NCBI GenBank assembly: GCA_018362935.1 | Contig: JAHALQ010000005.1 | Coordinates: 62,490 to 126,489, forward strand | DNA: 64,000 bases | Source: Pseudomonadota bacterium | Lineage (GTDB): Bacteria; Pseudomonadota; Alphaproteobacteria; RF32; CAG-239 | Direction: 5' to 3' | Part shown: in pieces, positions 28,384 to 38,585 of the stretch | Layout: every line of letters starts with the position of its first letter | Position numbering within the stretch: position 1 is the first letter of the stretch | Made by a program: the position numbers and the translations under genes | Notes under the pieces: generated by a model | The model's input: only the letters and a program-made list of their open reading frames with translations | Databases searched by the model: none | Told to the model about the DNA's origin: nothing

Positions 28384-30741
28384 CTATTTTTTAGTAAAGG
28401 GATTTTCAACTTTTGACGTGCTGTCAACGGCAAAAGCCTTTTCTTCCAGCCACCATTCGTCCGACGCCGGTTTTGTTCCGCGTCCCCGTTTTTCATTATC
28501 ACCGTGCCATTTGTCAGAAATGTCGCTGGCCATAACGCTGTTAATGTCGGTTTCTTCCGGCATTTTGCTTTTCGCATCGTCATAAGCGGTATTCATAAAT
28601 TGTTTCAGTTCGGTTTCATCTTCAATGCCCAAATCCATGTCATTGAGGACTTCGTCGACCGTCGGAGTCCCCGCATCCTGAATATTGCGGCGGCTGATAA
28701 TCTGCGCATCCAAACCGTAACAAGCTTCTTTTATTGCCTTTTCCTTAAATTTTTCGTCTTTGATATAATGGATATTGCGCGCCAAAATCGGGCGGTTATA
28801 ATACCCTTCTGCCAAAACGACCTGATAATCTCTGGTTTTAATGCGCAAATTGCGTTTTGTTTCAAAATCTTTGGCCAGACGATAAAAATAATTGGCGTCG
28901 GCAAAACCTCTTTTATAACGCAGCGACCGCCGGTTATCCAACGAAATCTGCACCGACTTGGTTGCAAAAAGTGCCAGTTTTTTCAGTTGGCGGCTCATTT
29001 TTTTATTATCCTCCGCCAGAACGATTTTATAAGTGGAATTTGAAACGATTTCTTCAAGCGTTTCTTTGGTATAAGTATTTTCCACGCTGTTCAGGCTGTT
29101 GCACAACAGCAAAAAGGACGTGCGCATCGACGGCCCTTTGGCGACCGCTTCGGACAGGGTCCGCACTTTTAGCATCTGCCCGACATCATCAAGCACCACC
29201 AGAAGCGGAAACGCGCCTTTTGCCTGTCCCTCGATGATGCCCTGCTCCAAAATCAGTTCCATGAACATCCGGCTGACAAATTTGGCGCTTTTGGTGTTGG
29301 CGACCACATACACCGTCACCGGTTCCGGCCGGCCGGTTTCGTTGTTTTTGATACCGCGAAACTCCGACACGTCAAAATCGTTCATACCGGTTTTTTCGCG
29401 AATAACCTGGTTAATGAAACTTTTAAGCGGTTTAACCATACAGACAAAGACAATTTGCCGCTGCTGGCGGGACAAATACAAAAATTGTTCCAACCCGCGG
29501 ATAACATTATTGCCGTAATTAAACAAACCGGCTTCAACCACCAGGGTTTCAAGCCATTTTCGCCAATCGGCGCGATCCCCTTCGTCTTTAGAAGTCAGAT
29601 AATTCTGCAGCAGCCAGTCTGTCAGCATGCCCAGACACAAATCCTTCCCTTTCCATGAATCCGGAATACCGTCCCAGCTGCCGATCGGCACATAATCGTC
29701 CGGGCTGAATTCAGGCGAACGTTTCAGTTTTTCAATCGCTTTGTCCACACACGCACGCGGCATCAACAGATAATAGCTGAGCAAAACCTCACGCTCATCT
29801 TTCTTCAAAGAGTTTTTTTCCAGAATCTTATCCAGAAAATAATCATTGGCCATAGCCTGCGAAACTTTTGCCGTCAAAAATGCCAACATCGCGTTCATAA
29901 CATTTTCGCACAGCCAATACCAATAATTGCTGTCTTCATGCTCTTCGTCGGACAAAACCAGATAAGACGCGATTTTCTTAAGATAATCATCGCGTTTTTG
30001 TCCCTTTGGCGGCAGTCTGTCGATACTGAGCGGATTCCACTTAGGATAAAAAATCCCCTTGTCGGTATCATCGGCCAAATCCCAGTTAAAATAAAAAACC
30101 TTGCCGATTTCGGCACGGTGCCCGCTGGTATGGCGTGCCAAAGTACCGGCATTGTCAACCGCCAAAACGCTGACGTTGTCTGACCGCAAAATCGAAGGAA
30201 TGGCGACGGACGAGGTTTTTCCGCTGCCGGTTTCGCCGATGCAAAGTATATTTGAAGGGCGGCTGACACCCAGGACATAACTCTGAAAACGCCCCAGCAC
30301 CAGCAATATGCCTTTATGCAGACCCATTTTTTCAATATCGCCCAATTTAGCAAAATGAGTATTGAGAATATACCAGAAGTTAAAGGAATAAGAGCTTTTC
30401 ATAAAAGCAAAATAAAGCGCAAACAGCGACACCAGCGGCGCGCTCAGCGGCAGCAGCAGTATCCAGTTCAGGCTGTACGTCCGGAAACCGCGAACCAAAG
30501 CCTCCCACCAGCTTGCATAAACGGCAAAAATATGAAACGGGTTATCCCAAATGCCGAAATCGCCGTGCGTAAATAAATGCGCGTGCGCGCTGCCGTCCCG
30601 AAAAACAAACCAGTGCACCGAACCAAACAGGAAGACCGAAAAAAACATAAAGAACACAAACGTAAAAGCCAGCACTAAAATAATATTCAGGAGCGCTTTC
30701 TTTGGGCTGACTTCGTCTTCAAGTGTTAAATCTGTGGTCAT
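28384..30741 (-). CDS. type IV secretion/conjugation coupling protein (TraD/TrwB/DotL-like T4CP), 785 aa
   Basis: Two N-terminal transmembrane helices; Walker A GETGSGKTS with downstream LAVDNAG (the TrwB/TraD-type GKS/T P-loop rather than the VirD4 GKG form); Walker B-like LLVVLDDVGQM; long acidic C-terminal tail. Confidence 0.7.
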   Translation of the reverse strand: MTTDLTLEDEVSPKKALLNIILVLAFTFVFFMFFSVFLFGSVHWFVFRDGSAHAHLFTHGDFGIWDNPFHIFAVYASWWEALVRGFRTYSLNWILLLPLSAPLVSLFALYFAFMKSSYSFNFWYILNTHFAKLGDIEKMGLHKGILLVLGRFQSYVLGVSRPSNILCIGETGSGKTSSVAIPSILRSDNVSVLAVDNAGTLARHTSGHRAEIGKVFYFNWDLADDTDKGIFYPKWNPLSIDRLPPKGQKRDDYLKKIASYLVLSDEEHEDSNYWYWLCENVMNAMLAFLTAKVSQAMANDYFLDKILEKNSLKKDEREVLLSYYLLMPRACVDKAIEKLKRSPEFSPDDYVPIGSWDGIPDSWKGKDLCLGMLTDWLLQNYLTSKDEGDRADWRKWLETLVVEAGLFNYGNNVIRGLEQFLYLSRQQRQIVFVCMVKPLKSFINQVIREKTGMNDFDVSEFRGIKNNETGRPEPVTVYVVANTKSAKFVSRMFMELILEQGIIEGQAKGAFPLLVVLDDVGQMLKVRTLSEAVAKGPSMRTSFLLLCNSLNSVENTYTKETLEEIVSNSTYKIVLAEDNKKMSRQLKKLALFATKSVQISLDNRRSLRYKRGFADANYFYRLAKDFETKRNLRIKTRDYQVVLAEGYYNRPILARNIHYIKDEKFKEKAIKEACYGLDAQIISRRNIQDAGTPTVDEVLNDMDLGIEDETELKQFMNTAYDDAKSKMPEETDINSVMASDISDKWHGDNEKRGRGTKPASDEWWLEEKAFAVDSTSKVENPFTKK

Positions 30742-30746
30742 TGATG

Positions 30747-31886
30747 TTAGCGGCTGTCTCTTCCCCGGTTGATTATTCTCTCGTCAAACTCTTTTTTAAC
30801 CTCTTTTTTCGGTTCCTCTCTGACGACTTCTTTTTCCAGTTCCTGTTTCATTGCCACGCGCACTTCCAGCTCCCGGCGTTTGCGCTCTTCAATTATTCTG
30901 CGCAATTCCTCGTTATGCGACTTGGCTTTGTTTTCCTGTTCGGAACGGATATTTTTAAGGGCGTCTTCATCCTTGACCGGCGGTTTTTCGGCTCCGCGCC
31001 GAAATACCTTTTTGCCCAGTTTCATAAGGCTTTCTATACTGATACCCTTGTCATTGGCAAAATCCAAAACGCCGAATTCGCGCCCGTCCCCCAGAAAAAT
31101 ATCGCTGATATCGACACCGTTAAAACCTTTGGCTGCTTTCTTTTTGGGAGCCATTAGGCGTGCCAGTTCTTCCTTGTTGGGCACGCGCCCCAAAGCCTGG
31201 GCAATCTGCTGCGGCGTAATGATGCATTCGCTCAAATCAAGTTCCATAATATTGACGCCGGTAAAATCGCAGCCCGTAAAATCCACGCCGCGCAAACTCA
31301 CTTTGCTTAAATCTATCTTAGCCAGATTAAGCAGCGTCAGATTCATTTTTGCCAGATTAAGCTTATGCGGATAATATTTGGCCAAATACTCAATCAGCGC
31401 CTGTAATTCTTCTATGCCAAGCTCGTCAATCTCAATATCAAGCAGAATGGCGTTTTCCAAATCGGCATCCTGCAATTTGATACCGTTAAGTTTAGCACCC
31501 GTAAAATTAGTACCGTGCAAAACCGCGCCGGACAATACCGCTCCGCTTAGATCGGCGCCGGACAAATTGGCATCGGTCAGATTAGCGCCCGAAAAATCAA
31601 CCCCGCGCAAATCAGCGCCGGAGAAATCAACATTGGTCAGGTTTGCAACCGAAAAATTGGCGTTTTTAAAACTTTCGTTGGCAAATTTGCCGTCTTCCAG
31701 ATTTTTTCCGACAAAATCGATTGTGTTCAGAAATGTCCCGCGCCCGACATCATTTTCCGCAGCATTCGACACCGCCTGCCAGACCGATTTGTCGTCGCCG
31801 ATGGAATAAGAACTGCCGGCTGCCGCCCGGCTTTCCTGTATTTTGGAACGAATAGTGTCGATTTTACTGCTTTTGTCGTCTGCCAT
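30747..31886 (-). CDS. pentapeptide-repeat protein with a charged coiled-coil C-terminus
   Basis: Tandem A(D/N)LxG repeats (ANLTNVDFSGADLRGVDFSGANLTDANLSGADLSGAVLSGAVL...); the track ORF starts at TTG 31913, the ATG at 31886 has an AAGGACGG RBS; ends 5 nt before the T4CP start. Confidence 0.75.
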   Translation of the reverse strand: MADDKSSKIDTIRSKIQESRAAAGSSYSIGDDKSVWQAVSNAAENDVGRGTFLNTIDFVGKNLEDGKFANESFKNANFSVANLTNVDFSGADLRGVDFSGANLTDANLSGADLSGAVLSGAVLHGTNFTGAKLNGIKLQDADLENAILLDIEIDELGIEELQALIEYLAKYYPHKLNLAKMNLTLLNLAKIDLSKVSLRGVDFTGCDFTGVNIMELDLSECIITPQQIAQALGRVPNKEELARLMAPKKKAAKGFNGVDISDIFLGDGREFGVLDFANDKGISIESLMKLGKKVFRRGAEKPPVKDEDALKNIRSEQENKAKSHNEELRRIIEERKRRELEVRVAMKQELEKEVVREEPKKEVKKEFDERIINRGRDSR

Positions 31887-31968
31887 AAGCCAACCGTCCT
31901 TATATTCTTGCAACTTAACCTATATCATAAATTATCTTTTGCCATTTTACAAACAAATTATGACAAGC

Positions 31969-33729
31969 TTACTGCAACAGACATTCAAAACGGTTGCTGG
32001 TCAGCTGGCCGCATATTTCCGCCAGTTCGGCTGGCTGGCCGTAAATGCGCAGGCGATACCAGTTTCTGCCGTTGACAACAGCTTCTTCAATCTTGGGTTG
32101 GTGCTTTTTCAGCAATCCGAAACGCGAGCTGAGATTTTTCCAATCCGCCACAGCGCTGTTATAATTTTCATAAGAGCCGAGCTGCGCCAGCCGCGCGTTT
32201 TTCGAAGCCGGAGTCCGGGAGGAGCTTTGCGGACGGCGGTATTTATACCCTTCTTTGACAACCTCTTCCAGCCAGTTGTCGCCGCTGGCCCACCCGCTTT
32301 GTTCCATAACCGGCCGCGCTTTCATCTGCATTGTTACGGCCGACAGCATTTCCACAAGATGGCGGTTAAAAGCCTCGCGCAGCGAAACGGCTATATCGTT
32401 TGTTTTGCCGCGCAGCAGCGTTTTGCTGAACGGCGAAAGCCCGGCGTTAAAATAAAGGTTGCGCAGTGCCATTGCCCGCTCTGCTTTAATTTGCGCCGAC
32501 TTCTGCTCCAATATTATCAGGCTGATTTTGTCATTAAGAAGACTGATTTTTTCATCAACCGGCGCCCGGTATGCTTTTTCCTGCTTTTTCACGGCTTTGC
32601 GGACTTTGGCAATTTCCCGTTCGTTGGCGTCATAATCAGCGTCGGCCTGCTCCACGAGCCGGTAAGAAACTTCAACCTGCGTTAAAATGGCGGCGGCCAA
32701 ATCATCAAACACCGTCCGCTGGCTTGCGCGCCAGGCTTCGCTGCCCGGCTTGCTTTCCTGCAGTTGGCGGACATCATTCAACAGCTTGTCGGCAATGCTC
32801 ATCGCCTTGTCATACAAAGCCTGCTCATAAATATCGTTTTCAACTTTCAGGCCGTTGACATCCAAACGTCTGGTCAGCGGATAATCCCGCAAAACATTGT
32901 GCCGCACCTCGCCGACACCGTAATTTTTGACTTTGGCTTTGGCCAGCGCAAACTCGTTGCGGTTGCGCACAGCCGCTTCCTGAAAGATTTCAATGGTATA
33001 ATTCTTGTCAAAATCTTCCAGTTCGTAAAAACGCCTTCCCTCCAGCCGTATTTCCTTAGGCAGCACTTTGGTCAGCTGTTCATATTCGGCCATATTCATG
33101 GCAAACGACTGTTGGAATTCGCGGAGTTTCAACAACGCCACATCCAGATTTTTCTTATATTTTAAGTCTTCCGCACTGAGACTGCCGTTGCGGTTCATCT
33201 TATTTTTCAACTCATCGGACTTCTTTTGTTCGGTCCGCATCATCCGCGCGATTTCTTTCAGTTTGCGATCGGCAAACCAGGCGTCCTGATGTACCCGAAT
33301 TGCCGCCGAAGCCAAATGCTGGGCAGATTTGTTATAAAGGTAGTTGTCCATAAACTGCGAACTGTTTTCAAGATTGGCAACGGCGTAAATCGTGGCAAAT
33401 TCCAACACGCGCGACGCCGCAAACAACCTGCTTTGGTCGTTCACGTCAGAGCTTTTGATATTATTGATAATTTCCTGCGGCTTAAGATTGGGATTTTGGT
33501 TGTAAATTTTCTTGCTGAGGTTCTGAGTGGCCGCATCGGCATTATATTTGGCGGCCCGCGCCATTGTCGCGTATACGTCCAGTTTGCCCTTGACCGGTTC
33601 GGGATTCGAGGCAAAAACCAGCGTATCCGTTTTTATGTCATTGTTTTTGCTTCCGTTATCAACACTGCACGCTGCCAGCGCCATAAGAGCCAAAACCGCG
33701 CCAAATTTAAGCTTACCGGAATTTTTCAT
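31969..33729 (-). CDS. lipoprotein with TolC-like helical repeats and a C-terminal SPOR (peptidoglycan-binding) domain
   Basis: Lipobox LAAC|S; a TolC-like helical/coiled-coil region that I could not tie to one family; C-terminal NWYRLRIYGQPAELAEICGQL motif typical of SPOR domains. Confidence 0.5.
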   Translation of the reverse strand: MKNSGKLKFGAVLALMALAACSVDNGSKNNDIKTDTLVFASNPEPVKGKLDVYATMARAAKYNADAATQNLSKKIYNQNPNLKPQEIINNIKSSDVNDQSRLFAASRVLEFATIYAVANLENSSQFMDNYLYNKSAQHLASAAIRVHQDAWFADRKLKEIARMMRTEQKKSDELKNKMNRNGSLSAEDLKYKKNLDVALLKLREFQQSFAMNMAEYEQLTKVLPKEIRLEGRRFYELEDFDKNYTIEIFQEAAVRNRNEFALAKAKVKNYGVGEVRHNVLRDYPLTRRLDVNGLKVENDIYEQALYDKAMSIADKLLNDVRQLQESKPGSEAWRASQRTVFDDLAAAILTQVEVSYRLVEQADADYDANEREIAKVRKAVKKQEKAYRAPVDEKISLLNDKISLIILEQKSAQIKAERAMALRNLYFNAGLSPFSKTLLRGKTNDIAVSLREAFNRHLVEMLSAVTMQMKARPVMEQSGWASGDNWLEEVVKEGYKYRRPQSSSRTPASKNARLAQLGSYENYNSAVADWKNLSSRFGLLKKHQPKIEEAVVNGRNWYRLRIYGQPAELAEICGQLTSNRFECLLQ

Positions 33730-33842
33730 GCGTTTATTCCCATATGTAACAATATGTAACAAGAATTTAAAAGCTTTTTACCAAATTTCTTGTTATATGT
33801 AAACCAAAATTAAATCACGTGAACTATTTAGGGGTAAAACTT

Positions 33843-34862
33843 ATGTCTGACAATATCAAAGTAGCAGTCATCGGCGCCGGCATGATGGGCAAGAACCATC
33901 TCAAAACTTATAAAGCGCTGCCCGGCGTTGAATTGGTTGGTGTTTATGATATTTTCCCGGAAGCCTGCAAGGCCGCGGCTGAAAATTTTGGAATTAAAGC
34001 TTTTTCTTCATTGGAAGAAGTTGCCGCCAATGTTGAAGCGGTCAGTGTCGTAACCACTTCCGTCACCCATGCCGAAGTCGGCGAATTTTTCCTGAACAAA
34101 GGCATTCACTGCCTGATGGAAAAACCGCTGGCCACCACCGAAGCCGAATGCCAGCGGCTGATAAAAGCGGCCAAGAAAAACAAAGTCACCCTTTTGGTCG
34201 GACATATTGAACAGTTCAACCCCGCTGTTGAACAAATGCACAAGCTGCTGAGCGACACTTCCAAAATCTGCTCGCTGACGGCGCAGCGCATGTCTGCCGC
34301 TTCCGGACGCATCACCGACGTTGACGTTTCGATGGATTTGATGATTCATGACATGGAAGTCATCCAGTCGCTGGTACAGTCTCCGGTTTCCAAAGTTCAC
34401 GCGGCAGCCGTCAAGACCCCGTCCAGCCCGCAGGGTAAAGATTATATCACAGCCGTTATTGAATTTGAAAACGGCGTAACCGCCAACCTCACTGCCAGCC
34501 GCATTACTCAGGCGCGCGTCCGCACCTTGTCGGTTACCACCGATACCAACTATATTGACATGGATTTCATCAGCCAGAGCATCAATGTCCACACGCAAGG
34601 GCGCATGCCCTATGTCAACCAGGAAGAAATTCCCGAATGGATGCATTACGGTTTGAAAGGCAGCGTTGAGCAGCTGTTCATTCCGACCAACCAGCCGCTG
34701 CAGGCCGAGCTGAGCCACTTCATTAACTGCGTCAAAGGCAAAGAAACGCCGCGCATCACCGGAGAAAAAGCTCTGGCAGCCCTGCGTACCATCTGGACAA
34801 TTCAGGAACAACTCGGTTTTTTCGCCCAAGACAACAACCTGTTGAAGATTGCGGCTGAATAA
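33843..34862 (+). CDS. Gfo/Idh/MocA-family NAD(P)-dependent oxidoreductase
   Basis: Rossmann motif VAVIGAGMMG followed by EKP. Confidence 0.8.
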   Translation: MSDNIKVAVIGAGMMGKNHLKTYKALPGVELVGVYDIFPEACKAAAENFGIKAFSSLEEVAANVEAVSVVTTSVTHAEVGEFFLNKGIHCLMEKPLATTEAECQRLIKAAKKNKVTLLVGHIEQFNPAVEQMHKLLSDTSKICSLTAQRMSAASGRITDVDVSMDLMIHDMEVIQSLVQSPVSKVHAAAVKTPSSPQGKDYITAVIEFENGVTANLTASRITQARVRTLSVTTDTNYIDMDFISQSINVHTQGRMPYVNQEEIPEWMHYGLKGSVEQLFIPTNQPLQAELSHFINCVKGKETPRITGEKALAALRTIWTIQEQLGFFAQDNNLLKIAAE

Positions 34863-34883
34863 ATCACAGCTTGCCAAAAAAAT

Positions 34884-34916
34884 AAAAAAGGGGCATAAAT
34901 CTTATGCCCCTTTAAT
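34884..34916 (+). terminator. intrinsic terminator (GGGGCATAA-atc-TTATGCCCC + TTT)
   Basis: 9-bp stem preceded by an A tract. Confidence 0.5.
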
Positions 34917-34943
34917 AATAACCGAAACCCGAACGGCAGAAAA

Positions 34944-35747
34944 ATGCGATATAAAATAACAATCGAATACGACGGCACTCATACTTTGGGCTGGCAGCGC
35001 CAGCTTGACGGCCCCAGCATTCAGGAATATCTGGAAAACGCATTGTCGCTCTTAATGCCGAAAAAAAAAGAAGAAGAGGAAGCGAGCATCAGATCGGCAC
35101 CGCAGATTCCCGCCATAACCCGATTAACGCCCGAAGTTCAGGGAGCCGGACGAACGGACGCAGGAGTCCATGCGCTGGGACAGGTAGCGCACTTTGATTT
35201 AAAACGGGATATAGAGGATTGGAAGCTGCGCGAAGCGATTAATTTTCATCTGCGCGAGCAGGATGCGCCGGTAGTTGTCCTCAATGTCGAACGCGTCAGC
35301 GAGGATTTTAATGCCCGGTTTTCCGCTGTTGGCCGCGGTTATATATATCGGATCCTCAACCGCCGCACCCCGCCGATTCTGGAAAAAGACCGGGTCTGGT
35401 GGGTACCGGTGCCGCTGGATGTCGAAAAAATGCGGCAAGGCGCCCGATACCTGCTCGGGCATCATGATTTCAGTTCCTTTCGCGCCGCCGCCTGCCAGGC
35501 CAAATCTCCGGTCAAAACACTGGATAAGCTGAAAATTACCCGCCGCGGCGATGAAATCGTTTTTGAAGTCGAAGCGCGTTCTTTCCTGCATCATCAGGTA
35601 CGCAATATGGTCGGCACGCTCAAATTGGTCGGCGACGGACACTTGCGCCCAGAAGATGTCAAAACCATCCTCGAAGCAAAAGACCGTAAAGCGGCCGGCC
35701 CCACCGCGCCGGCCGGCGGATTATATTTAAGCAAAGTCATGTATTAG
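34944..35747 (+). CDS. truA: tRNA pseudouridine(38-40) synthase TruA
   Basis: YDGTxxxGWQxQ start and the catalytic GRTDAGVHA motif; carries an unusual ~40-aa K/E-rich insertion before the catalytic motif. Confidence 0.9.
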   Translation: MRYKITIEYDGTHTLGWQRQLDGPSIQEYLENALSLLMPKKKEEEEASIRSAPQIPAITRLTPEVQGAGRTDAGVHALGQVAHFDLKRDIEDWKLREAINFHLREQDAPVVVLNVERVSEDFNARFSAVGRGYIYRILNRRTPPILEKDRVWWVPVPLDVEKMRQGARYLLGHHDFSSFRAAACQAKSPVKTLDKLKITRRGDEIVFEVEARSFLHHQVRNMVGTLKLVGDGHLRPEDVKTILEAKDRKAAGPTAPAGGLYLSKVMY

Positions 35748-36319
35748 GCAACAGAAGAGGCCAGAACCTTAACTGCCGTATCATAATCAAAACCGGCGCG
35801 TACCAGAATGGCAAGGTCTTTGCTGCGGCGTTCCGCGCGCAGTTCTTCATTTTCGCAGAAAGGCCCGATTTTTTTCTTTTTAGCCAGTTTATATGCGGCC
35901 TCAAACGGGTCATAATCCTGCACGTCCATCAGCGCGTTGACAATTCCTTCGTCCACGCCTTTTTCGCGCAGTTTGCCGAAGATATAACGCGGCGATTTTC
36001 CGGCGCTCATATAATCCTTGATTTTCATTTCGGCATAACGTTCGTCATTGAGATAGCCGTAACGCCGAAAATCCTGTAAGACTTCTTCAATCCAGCCATA
36101 AGCTTCGCTGCGGTCAAAATCCTTGTCCTGATACGCGTAGGCATCGACCCGGCGCTTAAGCACGGTACGCAGATTCTCAACCGAAGATTCAAACCGTTTG
36201 AGATAATACAGGCCGATGTTTTTGACCCGCTGCCGCGTCATCTTGCGTAAAGTCCGCGGTTTTTTGGGGCTTCTCAGTTCCTCTAACACTTGAAAAATCC
36301 TTTCATCTGGATTATACAT
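35744..36319 (-). CDS. recX: RecX-family regulatory protein
   Basis: Three-helix repeats typical of RecX (YYLKRFESSVENLRTVLKRR...). Confidence 0.55.
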   Translation of the reverse strand: MYNPDERIFQVLEELRSPKKPRTLRKMTRQRVKNIGLYYLKRFESSVENLRTVLKRRVDAYAYQDKDFDRSEAYGWIEEVLQDFRRYGYLNDERYAEMKIKDYMSAGKSPRYIFGKLREKGVDEGIVNALMDVQDYDPFEAAYKLAKKKKIGPFCENEELRAERRSKDLAILVRAGFDYDTAVKVLASSVA

Positions 36320-36355
36320 TCTATTAAATAAATAATATACAGGGAAAAAACATCA

Positions 36356-37288
36356 ATGCCTACACAAAATAATACAAATTTCGACTCATGTGCATCATTC
36401 TTTATCGACAACGGCGCCTATCAGGGGCGTCTTATCCGCCTCGGCGGCGTGCTGGACACCATTCTTGGCAAACACTGCTATCCGCTGCCGGTTTCGGCCA
36501 TTATAGCCGAATGCACCGTTTTGGGCGCCATGCTGGCCAGCATGCTCAAATACGAAGGGCTGTTTACGCTCCAGACCCAGAGCAACGGCGTTGTGTCCAT
36601 GGTTGTGGTTGATGTGACTTCCGAGGGCAAAATCCGTGCCTGCGCCCGTTATGATGAAAAACGCCTGGAACAAAACCAGTCTTTGCGCAAAACAAGCGGC
36701 GAAATTGAAGCGGCGCCGCATCTCTTGGGAGGCGGACATCTGGCGTTTACGGTCGATCAGGGCAAAGATACCCAGCTTTATCAGGGCATTGTAGACCTTC
36801 AGGGCAAAACGCTGGCCGAATGCGCGCTGCGTTATTTCAAGCAATCCGAGCAGATTGACACCGACCTCAAATTGTTCCTCAAAGCGCCGGAAGGCGATTC
36901 CCAGTCCTGGGCCGCTGCCGGAATTATGCTCCAGAAAATGCCCTCTGCCGGCGGCAAAGAAAACGGCGTTGATGAAGAAACGCTGAATGAAAACTGGAAT
37001 CAGGCAAAGATTTTCATGCAGAGTTTGTCCGAAAATGAAGTCTTTGATGCTTCCCTGACCTCCGAAGCATTGCTTCACCGCCTGTTCCACGCCAATAACC
37101 TGAATATTTCCAATACCAAAGAATATACTTTCGGCTGCCGTTGTTCGCGTGACAAACTGCTCAACACGCTGAGCTCTTTTTCCGAAGACGATATTAACGC
37201 CATGGTTGAAAACAACAAAATTACCGCCACCTGTAATTTTTGTTCTGAACAATACACTTTTGACAAAGGCGAAGTTTTAAGGCAGTAA
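36356..37288 (+). CDS. hslO: redox-regulated chaperone Hsp33
   Basis: Hsp33 fold with the C-terminal zinc centre CRCS...CNFC. Confidence 0.9.
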   Translation: MPTQNNTNFDSCASFFIDNGAYQGRLIRLGGVLDTILGKHCYPLPVSAIIAECTVLGAMLASMLKYEGLFTLQTQSNGVVSMVVVDVTSEGKIRACARYDEKRLEQNQSLRKTSGEIEAAPHLLGGGHLAFTVDQGKDTQLYQGIVDLQGKTLAECALRYFKQSEQIDTDLKLFLKAPEGDSQSWAAAGIMLQKMPSAGGKENGVDEETLNENWNQAKIFMQSLSENEVFDASLTSEALLHRLFHANNLNISNTKEYTFGCRCSRDKLLNTLSSFSEDDINAMVENNKITATCNFCSEQYTFDKGEVLRQ

Positions 37289-37325
37289 GCGTGTTTAACC
37301 AGTTTTTAATTAATATCTAATATTG

Positions 37326-37362
37326 TAAAAGAAGCTCATTGTCCCGAGCTTCTTTATTTATA
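37326..37362 (+). terminator. intrinsic terminator (AAGAAGCTC-attgtccc-GAGCTTCTT + TATTTAT)
   Basis: 9-bp stem followed by a T-rich tract. Confidence 0.5.
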
Positions 37363-37380
37363 ACATACGGATAGAAAAAT

Positions 37381-38001
37381 ATGACGATTTCAAAAAGAAT
37401 TTTGACCCTTTGCGCCGTTTGCGGATTACTTTCCGGCTGCGCCTATTTATTTCCGTCAGACAATGAAGAATTGCCGCGTTATACCGAACCGCGCTACAAT
37501 ACACAGGAACCGATACAGCTCAAAGTCAGCAAAATTAATGTCGTTTCCGAATTCACGCCTTCGTTCACACGTCCGCATGTTGAGCACCTCTTTCCGGTAT
37601 CCATAGAAAAATCGGCCAAACTCTGGGCGAATGACCGCCTTAAGGCTGTCGACTTCTCCAGCGAAAACGTCGCCGATGTGATTATCAAAGATGCCAGCGT
37701 CACCGAAACGCTTGAGCCTAATGACAAAATGTGGGCCAAAGACCGTGTCAAATACAAAGCCCGCCTGATTGTCGCCGTGCGAATTCACAATCCGAACAAT
37801 ATGTCCGAAGCAACCACCCAGGTTGAAGGCTGGCGCGAACTGACCATCGACGCCGATACCGACATCGCCGACAAAGAACAGTATTGGAGCTCCATGGTAG
37901 ACAAACTATTTGACGATTATAACAACAAAATGACGGCCAATATATACCAGTATCTCAATTTATACGTGGTCAACCAGCCCTTGGTACCGACTTACTACTA
38001 G
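37381..38001 (+). CDS. hypothetical lipoprotein
   Basis: Lipobox LSGC|A after a signal peptide. Confidence 0.45.
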   Translation: MTISKRILTLCAVCGLLSGCAYLFPSDNEELPRYTEPRYNTQEPIQLKVSKINVVSEFTPSFTRPHVEHLFPVSIEKSAKLWANDRLKAVDFSSENVADVIIKDASVTETLEPNDKMWAKDRVKYKARLIVAVRIHNPNNMSEATTQVEGWRELTIDADTDIADKEQYWSSMVDKLFDDYNNKMTANIYQYLNLYVVNQPLVPTYY

Positions 38002-38405
38002 TTAATTATCCGCGGCATTTTCTGCTTGACGGCCGACAGGTTAAAGGTCGGAATTTTGACGTCATGGGGAATGCTCTGCCCTTCGCGCAGCACTTTGCAT
38101 GAGCCGTAAAAAACGGCATTGGCAAAATCCAGCGGCGCTTCGGAAGTAAATTCAAAATATTCGCCCGGCTCCAGTTCCGGCAGTTCGCCTTTGAAACCGG
38201 CGCTGTCATCGACATAGCTGTTTCCGGCTTCGTCGGTAATCCGCCAGTCTTTGCCGACCAGCTGTATTTTTGAATTGGTATTGTTTTCGATACAGAGGTA
38301 ATACCCCCACCAAAAACGATTGTCGCATTTTTCATCAACCAAGACCGGACGTGCCGATACCACGATTCCGTCGCTTTCCTGAACCAAGAAATCTTGTGTT
38401 TCCAT
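37998..38405 (-). CDS. apaG: ApaG (DUF525) domain protein
   Basis: ApaG-domain signature motifs (WRITDEAG...GEQP-like GELPELEPGE...FEFTS). Confidence 0.7.
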   Translation of the reverse strand: METQDFLVQESDGIVVSARPVLVDEKCDNRFWWGYYLCIENNTNSKIQLVGKDWRITDEAGNSYVDDSAGFKGELPELEPGEYFEFTSEAPLDFANAVFYGSCKVLREGQSIPHDVKIPTFNLSAVKQKMPRIIN

Positions 38406-38529
38406 CGTTTTTGTTCCCCAGCAAAAAATATCTTTTCCGCCGGTTCCCCAACCGGCTATAATTAACCTTTAGTTAACCTTTGTCTGATTCGCAAGCGCCG
38501 ATGACTCTTATCCACCCCTTTTTCCACAC

Positions 38530-38560
38530 AAAAAATGCCGCCGGGCAGCCCCGGCGGCAT
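38530..38560 (-). terminator. intrinsic terminator downstream of cdnL (ATGCCGCCGGG-cagc-CCCGGCGGCAT)
   Basis: 11-bp GC-rich stem; T tract on the minus strand. Confidence 0.55.
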
Positions 38561-38585
38561 AAAATGAAAAAACTTTTGTATTGGT

